NCBI RefSeq assembly: GCF_001194135.2
Contig: NC_068989.1
Span: forward strand, 2,091,014 to 2,155,013
From: Octopus bimaculoides
Taxonomy: Eukaryota
Length of the DNA: 64,000 nucleotides
Direction of reading: 5' to 3'
The notes below the pieces were generated by a model. That model was not told where the DNA came from. It saw only the letters and a program-made list of their open reading frames with translations, and searched no databases. Both the position numbers and the translations under genes were made by a program. Position 1 is the stretch's first letter, and each line of letters starts with the position of its first letter. Of this stretch, positions 25,874 to 38,420 are shown one piece after another.

Positions 25874-26959
25874 CGACTACATAAATACATACATGCATAC
25901 ATACATACAAACAGAGAGACAGATATATGCATATATTGAATGTGCGCATTAAAACTTATAGACAGATAATAATGTGTACTTTTCCTTTATTTTTGTTAAT
26001 TGTTTTGTCCGGTGAAAAGGGCAGTGATCAAGACATCCGTTTGTTGTTTGTACACCCGTCTTCGTCTTTCGCCTTTTTTCTGTAAATTCCAACTATATAT
26101 ATATAAGATTGGCAGGCATGACGATCGATTTCCAGTTAAAGCTTGCTGCAGGGGCATCTCGGGGCGGTTTGTGAGGAAAATACTGACAGTTTTGAGAGTA
26201 TCATGAAGAGAAAGGAAAACAGCAAATGAGAAAACCCTTCACTGCAGGTTTGGGAGGCAACGGAAAGAGCCCCTTGCTCGCTTTTTACAAAGCCTTTGTT
26301 TCTTTAGCCGCATTCTCCCAGCCATAAACTGAATCATTTATAGCTACCTTCCTAATAACACATCCACTCCACTTCTGGTAACCCTTTCTATATTTCAACA
26401 TTGATTTATTCCCTGTCCCTTTCCTCAAATATGTCACCCACTCCAATTAAAAGTATCCAATGTCGCTCTTTAGCATTTTTACCATCCTTGATCATACGTC
26501 AATTTCAAACAGTTTTCTTTCCTCTTAATTCAAAAGATCGATATTTCAGAAAAGTTGCCATACCAATCCACAGTTTCAGTATGTACTTTTCGGTGAAACT
26601 TCGAGATCACTATCAATAAAATCGCAAGATAGTACATCGGCTTGAATATAAACGACAGTACTCTTTCCTCAAATCGAGGCCTTGTTGTACATAAACTTTG
26701 TTCTTGTGGGGGCGTTTAATTCGATGTCAAAATAATCCTGCGACTACAGAGCATAGTTCTGTATTAGCGCTACACCTTGACTTCGCCGTCCTGGTAGTGA
26801 CACTTACTTAATGTCTGCTTATGACATCTGTTAATTCCCTTTAGATTTCTATTCAATTAAAACTTCACCTAAACAGAGTTTCTTTTTAGTTTTCTATCAG
26901 AATTTTAATACGTAGAAGACTTTACGAAAATTTGTCAGACGTCTAAACCAAATGTTACA

Positions 26960-27032
26960 CACACACACGACTATGTATATATACATATTTGTATACATAT
27001 ATATAATATATATATATATGTATACAACACAC

Positions 27033-27081
<49 letters not shown>

Positions 27082-27240
27082 TATATTTACAAACATATAG
27101 ACGACACATTTATATATATATATATATATATATACGTATATATGCATACACACACATACATATATATGTGAGTGTATGTATGCATATATCGCTGCATGTT
27201 TATAGTACATATATATATATATATATATACACACATACAT
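26960..27240. repeat. (TA)n/(TG)n/(CA)n compound microsatellite
   Basis: Direct reading. Confidence 0.95.
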
Positions 27241-27254
27241 ACGTCCTTCCTCTT

Positions 27255-27540
27255 AAACCGGGTGATTCGTCGTGTGTATGGAGTGGAGGGATTTGCAAAT
27301 CGATTTCAATTCCAAAATGCCATAGGACGGTTCGCAGGAATCTCCCAGAGTGATCGGATCAATCCAATGGAAGTTACAAGGTTACATCTGTCACCAATAC
27401 TGCAAACCATGCAGATCTGCAGTGGGACTGATTAGTCATCTGAGAAGTCATGGACGGAATGTCAGAAATGCCACTGACAGTGAGGGCGTTCAGAGAAAAG
27501 GCAGTCGTCTTCGGAGATAGGACACTCACCAGACAATCAC
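27255..27540 (+). mobile_element. RTE-clade LINE extreme 3' end
   Basis: GYICHQYCKPCRSAVGLISHLRSH (~27380-27450) is the C-terminal C..C..C.S..GL.SH.R.H motif of RTE LINEs. Confidence 0.82.
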
Positions 27541-27732
27541 AAGTAAATAGTTGGCGCCCAAATCAGCGTACAACTCCACATCATAGAACGCAAGGAAAAA
27601 TCAACATCAATTTTTAACCAGTTAATGTGAAGACCCTGAAGAAACGTTACCCGTACCATATTAAGGTCGCACTTGCAAAGGTTACTAGGTTACTAATCGA
27701 TGCAGTAGAAACATGTGTAGGTTTATTTCCAG

Positions 27733-27786
<54 letters not shown>

Positions 27787-28029
27787 TAAGAAATTGAGTC
27801 AAACGAGGGTGTTATTCAAATCATTTATACTTCCAACATATGTTTCGAAAATAGCATTGAGATTATTCCGGAGGGAATGAAAATGATGCAAAACAATACA
27901 ATCATCTCGTCAGGGGAAAAAAGGAACAGAACACATCAAGAAGCCATTTTAACCGAATGTGTTAAAAATTTAATGGTGGTGAGAAGTAGCAACACCGTTA
28001 AATCAACGAATCATTGATTAGTGGTGATG

Positions 28030-28110
28030 GCAGAGGTGGGTTTTAGCCCCTGGTCAACTCTGATCGAGCAGACTTGTCATTCGAAAGCATTCCAATCATG
28101 ACCATACTTA
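28030..28110 (-). mobile_element. Dispersed retroposon family D/E fragment
   Basis: AGCCCCTGGTCA..CTGATCGAGCAGAC....AAAGCATTCCA..CATGACCAT; related copies at 32505-32705(+), 34555-34650(-), 34788-34850(-), 43670-43765(+), 44378-44480(+), 48255-48400(-), 48510-48570(-) and 55222-55310(+). Confidence 0.75.
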
Positions 28111-29124
28111 CGAGTGTATGTACGACAACGTCATTCGATGTGCTCTCCTTCATCTAATACTGTAAAGCGTTATTTGAGAGGGATTTGTCTGCCATTTCTG
28201 ACATGTCAAGGCGACACGTAGTGGATGTCCCGTTGTTGATTCGTTAGTTAGACCTAAACAGATGTATTGTATGCGATAGACTGAATGTTTTAGAATGGCG
28301 TGAAACATTGGAGGAGCAATGCAGTCTTGGACATACAAAGAAGTGGGGAAAATTCGAACGCCTTTCAATATGGGTGTCATGATAAGGGATTACTTGGGGC
28401 TAAATTGCAACAACAAAAACGAAAACAAGCAAACAATGGAGCCTCGGGCTAAAAGAAAAAAAAAACATTTGAAATCTACGAATTAAAAGACAGTCAGATC
28501 TAGGACAGCTCGAATGTTCCTAGCTACGGATTACACAACGCTGAAGATTTGATACGAATCGTAAATTCCACGAACCACAATCTGATAACTTTCCTACTCG
28601 TCTTTCAACTCCACGCTCTTTCAAAATGAGAGCCACTTAATTACTCCGAAAATTTTTAATAACTTTCTGCCATTATACGTTAATTCATTTCTACTATTAA
28701 TTTTATAACTCCCCACGGTGTGCCGAGTTTTGTGCCATTCTCTTATTATTTTATGACCGATGATAATGAAAAATTTGAAACCAATCTAGAAATAAAAAAT
28801 AAAAACATAACTTCCTTACGATTTTAATAGTTACTAATTAAATTTAATTGTTATATATTTAAATAATTTAGTTGATGTTTTAGTGTGTTCATACTTTCCC
28901 ACTCCTGTTCCTGTTTTATCCCCGCGAAGCTCAGGTGAGACTTTGTACACTTTTTTTTAAATATGTTCTCTTCTCACGTAGCATTAACTTGTCGATTAAA
29001 GTGTTCGGCACCAACTGATTCAAATCGCTGACGCAATCCTCAACGGCATTCGTAACCAAAGGCGTATGCACTTTGCTATCTAAATTTTAAAAATTTCTTT
29101 TAAACCCTAATTGAAATTAAGAAT

Positions 29125-29460
29125 TTTGGCACAAGGCCAGCAATATTGAGGATGGGTAAATCCATTACATCGACCCCGGTCTACAACTGGTATTTATTTT
29201 ATCGATCTCAAAAAGATGAAAGGCTAAGTCGACCTCGGCGGTAGTTGAAGGTAATTAAAGTAATATTATTGCTAGAGCTTAAATGGAATTTAGTCGATAG
29301 CATCGACCGCACTGATTGATACTTTATTTTTATCGACGCTGGTTGGACGGAAAGCGAAGCTGACCTCGGAGTAATTCGAACACAGAATATAAATAGTCTT
29401 AAGAAATATTGCACGGCATTTTGTCTGACGCTCTAACGATACTGCCAATCTATCACCCTA
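29125..29460 (-). mobile_element. Two tandem SINE family C copies (partial plus near full)
   Basis: ATCGACC..ACTG.T.CTT.ATTTTATCGA..GA.GAAAG...G.CGACCTCGG occurs twice (29165-29240, 29295-29375). Confidence 0.85.
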
Positions 29461-29729
29461 GTAACAACTATAATTAGTTTTTAAAATTTCTTTATATTAG
29501 TTTATAGAGGAGCTTTCATTGTTAACTGACCTCTGTCTATTACTGGTACGTATGTAATAACTATCAGAAGGAAGGATGAAAATATATATTTGATTTCTAG
29601 CATAAAAAATGCTACACATTTTAAATCGGCTTCGGTACTTGTCACATCCTTAGTTATCCACTGCAAAAAAGTGAAAGACAAAATCATGTCTGGCATGATA
29701 TGAAATGAGAAAACAAAGGAATGTACATA

Positions 29730-29910
29730 GGTACCTCAAAGCAACAGAGACAACAATGGTCTAACTTTGGCGTTGCATACAAGGTGAAATAGAGAGAGAA
29801 AGTTGTGGTGAAAGAGTACTGCCGGAGCCTTGTGGAGCTTTAGGTGTTTTCGCTCAATAAACACTCATAACGCCCGGTCTGGGAATCGAAACCGCAATCC
29901 TACCACCACG
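29730..29910 (-). mobile_element. SINE family B 5' half
   Basis: Reverse complement of GCGGTTTCGATTCCCAGACCGGGCGTT.TGAGTGTTTATTGAGCGAAAACACCTAAAGCTCC. Confidence 0.9.
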
Positions 29911-29956
29911 AGGGAGAATAAAAAACACTTGTGAATTTAGCGGTGTGTGTGTACGT

Positions 29957-29992
<36 letters not shown>

Positions 29993-30239
29993 AAAAAAAC
30001 TAGAGAGGCATTAAGGTGGAGATGGATGGACCGAGTAAGAGGGAGAAAGAGATGCAATGAACGGAAACGAAAAGGAGTTAGAAAATGTTAGAGTGAAACC
30101 TGTACGGTGAAGTATGATATATGTGTGAGGGAGGGAGAGGGAGAGAGAGGGAGAGAGAGGGAGAGAGAGAGAGAGAGAGACAAAGGGTGAGATGGAAGGC
30201 ATATATGTACTACATACATACACACACACACACACACAT

Positions 30240-30283
<44 letters not shown>

Positions 30284-31794
30284 AGGCATATAGGTCAGGT
30301 TTCTCTGCGAGATATGTCAGTCGAAGTATATCCTAATGTNNNNNNNNNNNNNNNNNNNNNNNNNNNNNNNNNNNNNNNNNNNNNNNNNNNNNNNNNNNNN
30401 NNNNNNNNNNNNNNNNNNNNNNNNNNNNNNNNNNNNNNNNNNNNNNNNNNNNNNNNNNNNNNNNNNNNNNNNNNNNNNNNNNNNNNNNNNNNNNNNNNNN
30501 NNNNNNNNNNNNNNNNNNNNNNNNNNNNNNNNNNNNNNNNNNNNNNNNNNNNNNNNNNNNNNNNNNNNNNNNNNNNNNNNNNNNNNNNNNNNNNNNNNNN
30601 NNNNNNNNNNNNNNNNNNNNNNNNNNNNNNNNNNNNNNNNNNNNNNNNNNNNNNNNNNNNNNNNNNNNNNNNNNNNNNNNNNNNNNNNNNNNNNNNNNNN
30701 NNNNNNNNNNNNNNNNNNNNNNNNNNNNNNNNNNNNNNNNNNNNNNNNNNNNNNNNNNNNNNNNNNNNNNNNNNNNNNNNNNNNNNNNNNNNNNNNNNNN
30801 NNNNNNNNNNNNNNNNNNNNNNNNNNNNNNNNNNNNNNNNNNNNNNNNNNNNTATATATATATAAAGTAAAATAGAAAATAACAAAGATAATTTCGTTAT
30901 TTGTCACAGTGGTGCGGTATATATTACAAGGAGGAAACGGAAAAGTAAAAACCGATTCTACAGTTTAATGGGAAACATTTAACGGAAAATAAAACAAACA
31001 ATCAGAACTCCAGTAGACAAAACCAACATTTCGAATGTAATTTTCTCTTGAAATTCGTCATTGTCTGACACGTCCAAAATAGCTGCTACTTTATTGATTT
31101 TGTGATTAAAACTGCTGGTGAGATGCTGTGTTATTTCTAGACGTATTTGTTTCATTAGGGCAGGATAATGAAATCGGTATAAAGAACCCTGTGGAACTCT
31201 ACACATTAAAACCTATGCTTATGTTCATCACGTTTCTCATTTCCAATTCAACATGGCGTGCTTGTTTGTTCGTCGTTTGTTTGCTTTATTTCATTATTTT
31301 CCTTTTCTTTGCTTAAATCCAATCTGGGTCGATGAAAGAGTTAGTAATGTATTCGTTGGGTTAACTTCAACACTTTGCTGATTTTGTAATGTATATAATT
31401 CCAGTGAGAATTAAATGTATTTTTATAGCATCTCTTTAGTTTTTATATACATTTCTTGCCTTTTGCCTCTCTTGTTCACCAGGATTGATATTTTTGTAGC
31501 ACATCTTTCATTTCACGTCTTTATAACATGTTTTTTTTTTATTTGACTCTGGTCCAGGTTTTTGTAAGGCAAATAATTCACTTCACTGAATATATTCTGG
31601 TGCTTCACTGGGATTATTTTTGTTATTCTTCGCATAACATCTGCTAGTCTTTAGCTTTAATCTTTTACCTGATTCATTCATTGGACTTCGACCTTTCGAG
31701 GGCAACGCCTTGGAGGACTTACGAGAACAAATCGTGTATGTGTGTGTATGTATGTGTATATTTGTGTGTATGTATGTGGGTGTGTGTGTTTCAG

Positions 31795-31953
31795 GTTTTG
31801 TTTTCATTTACGAAATTCCATTCACAAAGCATTGGTCAATCAGAAGCGATGATAGAAGACTCATGCTTGCCAAAGGCGCCTTGTGGTGGAATCGAAACCA
31901 GAAAGAAAAGCGTACTTGCAAAGCTAACTTCTGCCAGATACACATGCCTGCGT
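31795..31953 (-). mobile_element. SINE family A 5' part, decayed
   Basis: TAGAAGAC..TTGCC.AAGG.GCC...GTGG.ATCGAA.CC..AA..AGCTA.TT. Confidence 0.7.
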
Positions 31954-32134
31954 CCATTATGTTGACCTGAATGCAATCTACGACGACAATAAAAGCAATA
32001 ACAGCAATATTTATTGCTGTTTGATATAATTATTCCGTCTCAAAAATCAATTCGTTCATAAAATTACGGATTTGATGTTTTACTCTCTTTTGTTCTATTA
32101 TTAGTTTTTATAGCTTGCATTCTATTAAAGCTTG

Positions 32135-32465
32135 CATTCCTGTGAAGGAGTGTTGCCAAGTGGTTACAGTATCTGGCTCGCGATCGTATGGCTGTGAGTT
32201 CGATTCCTAATAGTGCGTCGTCTCCTTGAACAAGACACTTTATTTCACGTTGCTCCAATCCACTCAGCTGGCAAAAATGAGTTGTACCTGTAATTCAAAG
32301 GGCAAGGTTTGTCACATTCTGTGTCCCACTGAAGCTCCCTGAGAACTACGTGAAGGGAACGCGAGTCTGTGGAATACTCAGCCATTTGCATGTTAATTTC
32401 AGAAGCGGGTTGTTCGGTTGATCGGATCAACTGGAACGTTCCCCGTCGTCACCGACGGGATGCCA
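32135..32465 (+). mobile_element. SINE sharing the family B 3' tail but with a different tRNA head and a CORE-like centre
   Basis: Head TGCCAAGTGG..GAGTTCGATTCC, centre CCTTGAACAAGACACTTTATTTCACGTTGCTCC, then the family B tail (TTCAAAGGGC..GAGAACTACG..GATCGGATCAACTGGAAC..GCCA). Confidence 0.9.
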
Positions 32466-32504
32466 GTTTTTCCATTTGACTGTCCGAGAGTCCTTGGAGG
32501 TTTC

Positions 32505-32705
32505 TATGTGGTCGTTCAACATACAAGAAATAGCAGCCACATCTCCTCCAAATGGCACTCTAATGTCTTGGAAAACAAGAAATGATTTGCATTAATTAAT
32601 GTAGGCCTAGATATTAAAAAGTTAGGATGGTTTTTCAATGGCTAAAATACCTTTGATCTCAGCTGTACGCCAGCAGGGTTCATGCGGGGTCAAACTACAA
32701 CAACA
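32505..32705 (+). mobile_element. Retroposon family D/E copy with a (CAA)n tail
   Basis: GGTCGTTC.AC..AGAAATAGCAGCCA.ATCTCC...GGATGG..ATGGCT..AATACCTTTGATC...GGGGTCAAACTACAACAACAA. Confidence 0.8.
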
Positions 32706-32884
32706 ATAATGTCAACCACAATATTTGATTTATAATTTGACACCGAATTCCAAACAATAAAACTAAGCGTATTAATTTATTTTTAGTTTTCGTTTTAACA
32801 AACAACTTTTTTTAATAACTTCTTTTCTTTCATCAACTTTTGTATTCTCAATGTGGTTGTAATTTACAACATTTGCCGCGTGTG

Positions 32885-33027
32885 ATCATCAGCATCATCA
32901 TCATCATCACTATCATCATCATCATCGTCGTCATCGTCGTCGTCATCACCATCATCATTATCATGATACAAAAACGCCATCATCGATCATCATTATCGCC
33001 GTCATCATCATCATCATCATCATCATC
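32885..33027. repeat. (CAT/CGT)n trinucleotide microsatellite
   Basis: Direct reading. Confidence 0.95.
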
Positions 33028-33584
33028 NNNNNNNNNNNNNNNNNNNNNNNNNNNNNNNNNNNNNNNNNNNNNNNNNNNNNNNNNNNNNNNNNNNNNNNNN
33101 NNNNNNNNNNNNNNNNNNNNNNNNNNNATATGTATGTATGTATGTATGTATGTATGTGTGTATGTGTGTGTGTGTATTATGTATGCATGTATGTATGTAT
33201 GTATATTATGATCTACCTATTTATCTATCTCTCTATGTATCTAACTTTCTCACTCTATAGATATATATTTGTCATTGTATGTACATGTGTACGTGTGTGT
33301 GAATTTATGTTTGTGTGNNNNNNNNNNNNNNNNNNNNNNNNNNNNNNNNNNNNNNNNNNNNNNNNNNNNNNNNNNNNNNNNNNNNNNNNNNNNNNNNNNN
33401 NNNNNNNNNNNNNNNNNNNNNNNNNNNNNNNNNNNNNNNNNNNNNNNNNNNNNNNNNNNNNNNNNNNNNNNNNNNNNNNNNNNNNNNNNNNNNNNNNNNN
33501 NNNNNNNNNNNNNNNNNNNNNNNNNNNNNNNNNNNNNNNNNNNNNNNNNNNNNNNNNNNNNNNNNNNNNNNNNNNNNNNNNNNT

Positions 33585-33701
33585 AAATAGAGAGATAGAG
33601 AGACAGGCAAATAAATAGATAGATAGATAGATAGACAGATAGACAGACAGATAGATAGATAGATAGATAGATGAATAGATAGACAGATAGATAGATGGAT
33701 G

Positions 33702-33766
<65 letters not shown>

Positions 33767-34075
33767 GGTAGCTGGAATGCTGGAAGGACAGTTCATAGAA
33801 AGATAGATAGATAGGTAAATAATTAGACAGATAGACAGGCAAACATAAATAGATAGGTAGACAGACAGACAGACAGACAAATAGATAAATAGATAAATAG
33901 ATAGGTAGATAGTCGAATGGCTGGATGGATAGATAGATAGATAAAACGAGGTGGGAACACGATAGGTATGTGTGCGCAGCGATGTTTGTTTTCTTGAATG
34001 AGTATGCATGTATATATACGTAAAAATATTTAACGTACAGATGAGTAAGAAAGATATGTATCTAAATATATGTGT

Positions 34076-34150
<75 letters not shown>
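33585..34150. repeat. (GATA/GACA)n array and (TG)n
   Basis: Direct reading. Confidence 0.95.
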
Positions 34151-34151
<1 letters not shown>

Positions 34152-34274
34152 GCAGGTATTCCCTATACTCAAAAACAATGAAAGTTCTGAAAATTTGTGT
34201 GATAGAATGTATGCAGATGGAATGTAAATATATCTTCTATAGATTTTGTCTTTGTTTTAAGAAATATTGATTTC

Positions 34275-34485
34275 TAATATTGGCACAAAGCCACACATTT
34301 AGTGGGGAGGGGAAAAAGTAAATTCGACTATATCGATCTCAGTACTTCACTGGTGCATTGTTGTCAGATTCCAGAAGATAAAAGACAGCGTTTTCCTTTT
34401 GGAGATTTGAACTTAGAACGTCATGATCCGCAGTAGATACTGCAAGACGTTTTGTCTGATGCTGTCACTGCGCTATAATGACACA
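34275..34485 (-). mobile_element. SINE family C, decayed
   Basis: TTGGCACAAAGCCAC..ATCGATCTCAGTAC..CTGGT..GATTTGAACTTAGAACGT. Confidence 0.75.
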
Positions 34486-34894
34486 CTTTTCAAAATAAAG
34501 AGTTGATAGTTTGATTTAACCTACCCCAACTGTATGACTGGTAGTGGACATTCTTACTCATGCCGTTGTTGTTGATACCTATCCCAGATCAGCCATGACA
34601 AAGCAGACCTATGATCGAAGGCTTACCAGCCGCGACCTTCGCGTCCTAATCACGGTACATTGAAGATCACATCCCGTATAACCTAATTTGTTTTGCACAG
34701 TAGTGTGTAATTTGATAGATGATTTGGCTGTTATTTTTAGCAATTTGAATAATCATGTAGAGGTCACTATGGTGTTGTTGTTTGGAGCCAGGTCAAACCT
34801 GATCAGGCAGATCAGTAATCATGGTTGTTCTAGCCGTGACCATTTCGTCATCTTATATCGGCAGAGAAGTTGTCCTGAATAGATGCATGGATGA

Positions 34895-35090
34895 ATGGCT
34901 GACCTTATCATACCTCTACCACATATCATCCTACCTTTACAATATACCATCAATCTGTACAACATAGCGCTATACTTCCACAATATAACTTTACAATCTA
35001 CCATCATACCTGTATAGCATGCCATCTTGCCTCTACAGCTTGCCATCATGCCTATTAAAAATGCCGCCTTGCTACTACAATCTGGTCAGA
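34895..35090. repeat. Degenerate 21-bp minisatellite, about 9 units (consensus near CATCATACCTCTACAATCTGC)
   Basis: Successive units such as catcctacctttacaatatac, catcatacctgtatagcatgc, catcttgcctctacagcttgc and catcatgcctattaaaaatgc. Confidence 0.75.
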
Positions 35091-35770
35091 GGTGATATTC
35101 TACTTCATTGTATGTCGTACATTATTAAACATGAAAACCTTTTCTCGTACATCTATGACCAGGTCATTGATATTTTATTTCACTCTCTCTCACCCTCGCA
35201 GCTATCAAACTATTTCGTCTCACATCTACAGCCTGGCCACTCTATCATATGCTTATTAAATTCACAATGAACTGTCGTCTCCTGTCCATATATATTATTA
35301 AACATTTAGACCAAATGTCGTACGGCTATAAACTAGTCATTGACACTCTGTTTCACTATATCTTATCTATCATTAACAATAATAGTCTATTGTCGTGTCT
35401 GTCGATGGGTCGGTCGTTCATACTCTACTTCAATCTATTCTCTGTTCTTTTTTTACCAGTTATTGTTTGTACAACCGTTCTGCTCTTCTTATCGTGTTGT
35501 TGTTGTTTTTGTTGTCGTTTTTGCATCAATATATTCAACATTGTGGTGTCTGCATGTGAGTGTATGTGTATGTGCATATGTAACTGAAGAATACAAATGT
35601 CTGTACTTGTACGAGTTCAATTGATCTCGCTTTAAAAAAAGGCAACAATATCGAAATTTCGCAATTTACGTTGCACTAACGATTCTCGTTTTTGGTTTCG
35701 TTTTTTTGTGGGTGGTGGGTGGTGGAAGGGGAGGGGTAGCTTCGGCTAATTATTGACTCTGTCATTGTTG

Positions 35771-35802
<32 letters not shown>

Positions 35803-36119
35803 AATATTTATTGTTTTCTCTCAAGACTTTTAGTTTTCTTTACGTTTGTAGAGATTCTGGATATTGGTAGCTCTTCTATCAATTATTTCTTTTGTTGTCG
35901 GACAAAGATTTTAACATTTCATAACTAATTGTTTAAGAAATAAAAGTGAACGTCAGCCTTGTCTGTTTTCACACACACACACACGTGTGTGTGTGCGTGT
36001 GTACATATGTGTATACGTGTGTATATATAAATATATATATGTATATATAGTCGACTAAAAATTCTTCAAGACGATGCCGTAGCATGTCCGCAGTCTAATA
36101 ACGGAAACAAAGATAAAAA

Positions 36120-36159
<40 letters not shown>

Positions 36160-36163
<4 letters not shown>

Positions 36164-36300
36164 TTGCTCCCACAGAATATCTCAACATGCATGATAGAGC
36201 GGCACCGTATATTCACTGAGTAATCTGCAAGGTCCTGGACCTGCTCCATGATAAAAATTGGTGGGGACGCAAACCATCTCCATGTAATTCCAAAAATATT
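36160..36300 (+). mobile_element. R4/Dong-like LINE CCHC-to-RLE linker fragment
   Basis: TLAPTEYLNMHDRAAPYIH*VICKVLDLLHDKNWWGRKP matches LA..EY..RHD.V...IHW.ICK....W.EHKP. Confidence 0.85.
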
Positions 36301-36499
36301 TTCATCTGTGAACATTATCAAAAGTACATTTAAATGTACATAATAGCAAATAGCTTTTACTGTCATCTTAAGATCACGCTATCATCTTATCATCAAATTA
36401 ATTTAAAAAAAACTTTTTATTTTCTTATGTTTTGACAGACACTCTCTAGAACAATACTCTGTACAAAACCGAACATATGGTACCCTAGTCACAAGAAAG

Positions 36500-36870
36500 A
36501 TTTGTCGGTAATATAAAGTTTAGTAAGAATATTAAAATGTAATTCAGACAAGACAAATTTAAGAAACGGAGAAGAAAACGCGGCAGACTGACTGACCAGT
36601 GGAGCAGATAATTCGGGACTCTGGGAAAAGGATCTGATACAGAACCTGTATAATTTCGCGGTTTACATATGTATATTTAGGTATAAATGAATGTAAAACT
36701 GTGTATGAAAGGTTTTTGAAGTAAGGTGAAGAATGAATATTTTGACAGAGGAAAATTATTCGAGATAAATCTCAATTGGAAGAATTCTAAAATATGGCTC
36801 TGGAGTATTAGACTGGAATGTGACAGAAATATATTCCGTGGACTAAAATAAGACAAATCTATTTAAAATA
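36500..36870 (+). mobile_element. R4/Dong-like LINE RT C-terminal remnant
   Basis: KFSKNIKM*FRQDKFK, YVYLGINE and ILKYGSGVLDWNVTEIYSVD match FS.DI.M.FG.DKC, Y.YLG..E and L.YSFG...W...EI...D. Confidence 0.7.
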
Positions 36871-37497
36871 ATTTTTAATAAATTTGCACACAGCACATAC
36901 AATATACAGTTACCACCCAGCCATAAACTCAGGTCATAACATAACCCTATATAACAGTAATCCGGCAACACAGTCGCTATCAAATAATAATATAACACAG
37001 TTTTTAATCCAGTGGTAATCTGATTACTGTGTATCAGAGTATTAGTGAAATATGCAAAAGGTTTCGGGAAGAAACACAAATGTTAATCAAAAGTCCAAAG
37101 AATATAATTATGTTGTGGGAGAAAAACTAAGACTTCACTGGTTCGAGATGAGGAACAGAGAAAAGAACAAAAAAAAAAAAGGAAATAAGAAGGACGAATA
37201 AAACCGAGTTGTTTACATCAAAGATTAATTGGTGAAGGAAAACGGAAGTCAAGAAGGCGGAAGAAAGCATCAAAGTGTGTTGCAAGTAACAGATGGTTGG
37301 AAACTAAGGGAGACAAGCGGAGAGATCAAGTTAAGAGGGAGGTTGTGTGTGCATGAAATTGTGTGTATTAGCGTAGAAGAGCGTGTGTGGGTGTGTATGT
37401 TCTGGGGATTATGTATATATCTACGCATGGTTACACATTGTAAATATTCAAGCGTGTATAGTTCGTAATACTCTACATACATGTATGTATGAATGCA

Positions 37498-37539
<42 letters not shown>

Positions 37540-37639
37540 GAGAATTCACGAAACACATATATATATATATGAAGGAGAAAAAGAAGAAAATGAAAAAGTT
37601 GACATGCAGACATCGAAGTTCACAGATATCGTTTTGAGC

Positions 37640-38338
37640 TGAGAAAGTCGAAAGCGAGACTTACATTGTTAGTGTTTGTGAAAGTCTTACACGGAAAGAG
37701 TACAAACGCAGACACGACAAGGTAGTCCAAAACCTTCACTGGTTACTATGTCGGAAGTATGGATATGCGGTAACGGGTGCTTGGTACCAACATACACCGG
37801 AAAAGGTAATGGACGAAAACGAGAAGGAAAAGATCCTCTGGGACTTTGACTTCCAGACAGACAAGGTATCGGAGTACCGAAGGATGAATATAGCAATAGT
37901 AACCTTTAGGAGGGAGAAGCAAGAGTGCCAATCAACATGGCAGTGTCAGATTATTATCATGAAAGACAAGAGAAACGGTCGACAAATATGGAAGCATGAG
38001 AATTGAAACCGTCAAGGCGTGGCAGCTGCGAGAGTCCAACGTAAAAGTTGTCCCTGTTGTCACCGGAGCCTTGGATTCCATTCCACGCAACCTGAAGAAA
38101 GATCTGGACACTTTAGAAATACCCGACAATCTCGGTGTATTGCAAAAATCGGTTTTATTGAGAACTGCACGCGTATGGCGTAATGTACTGTTTGTCGGAA
38201 TTCCTTCTTCCGACTTGACAGACTGTACAAAGCCCCGATACACACAATATCTTCAATCTACAGCATCACAATATTCGATACTGTACCACGTCTTTGATGA
38301 TGATGAGGATGATAATGATGATGACGATGATGATGATG

Positions 38339-38417
<79 letters not shown>
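37640..38417 (+). mobile_element. R4/Dong-like LINE 3' end: CCHC, restriction-like endonuclease domain, 3' UTR and (GAT)n(AAT)n tail
   Basis: ETYIVSVCESLTRKEYKRRHDKVVQNLHWLLCRKYG..WYQHTPEKV..KILWDFDFQTDKVSEYRR and AWQLRESNVKVVPVVTGALDSIP..L..LQKSVLLRTARVWRNVL; terminates in an (AAT)n run at 38340-38417. Confidence 0.93.
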
Positions 38418-38420
<3 letters not shown>

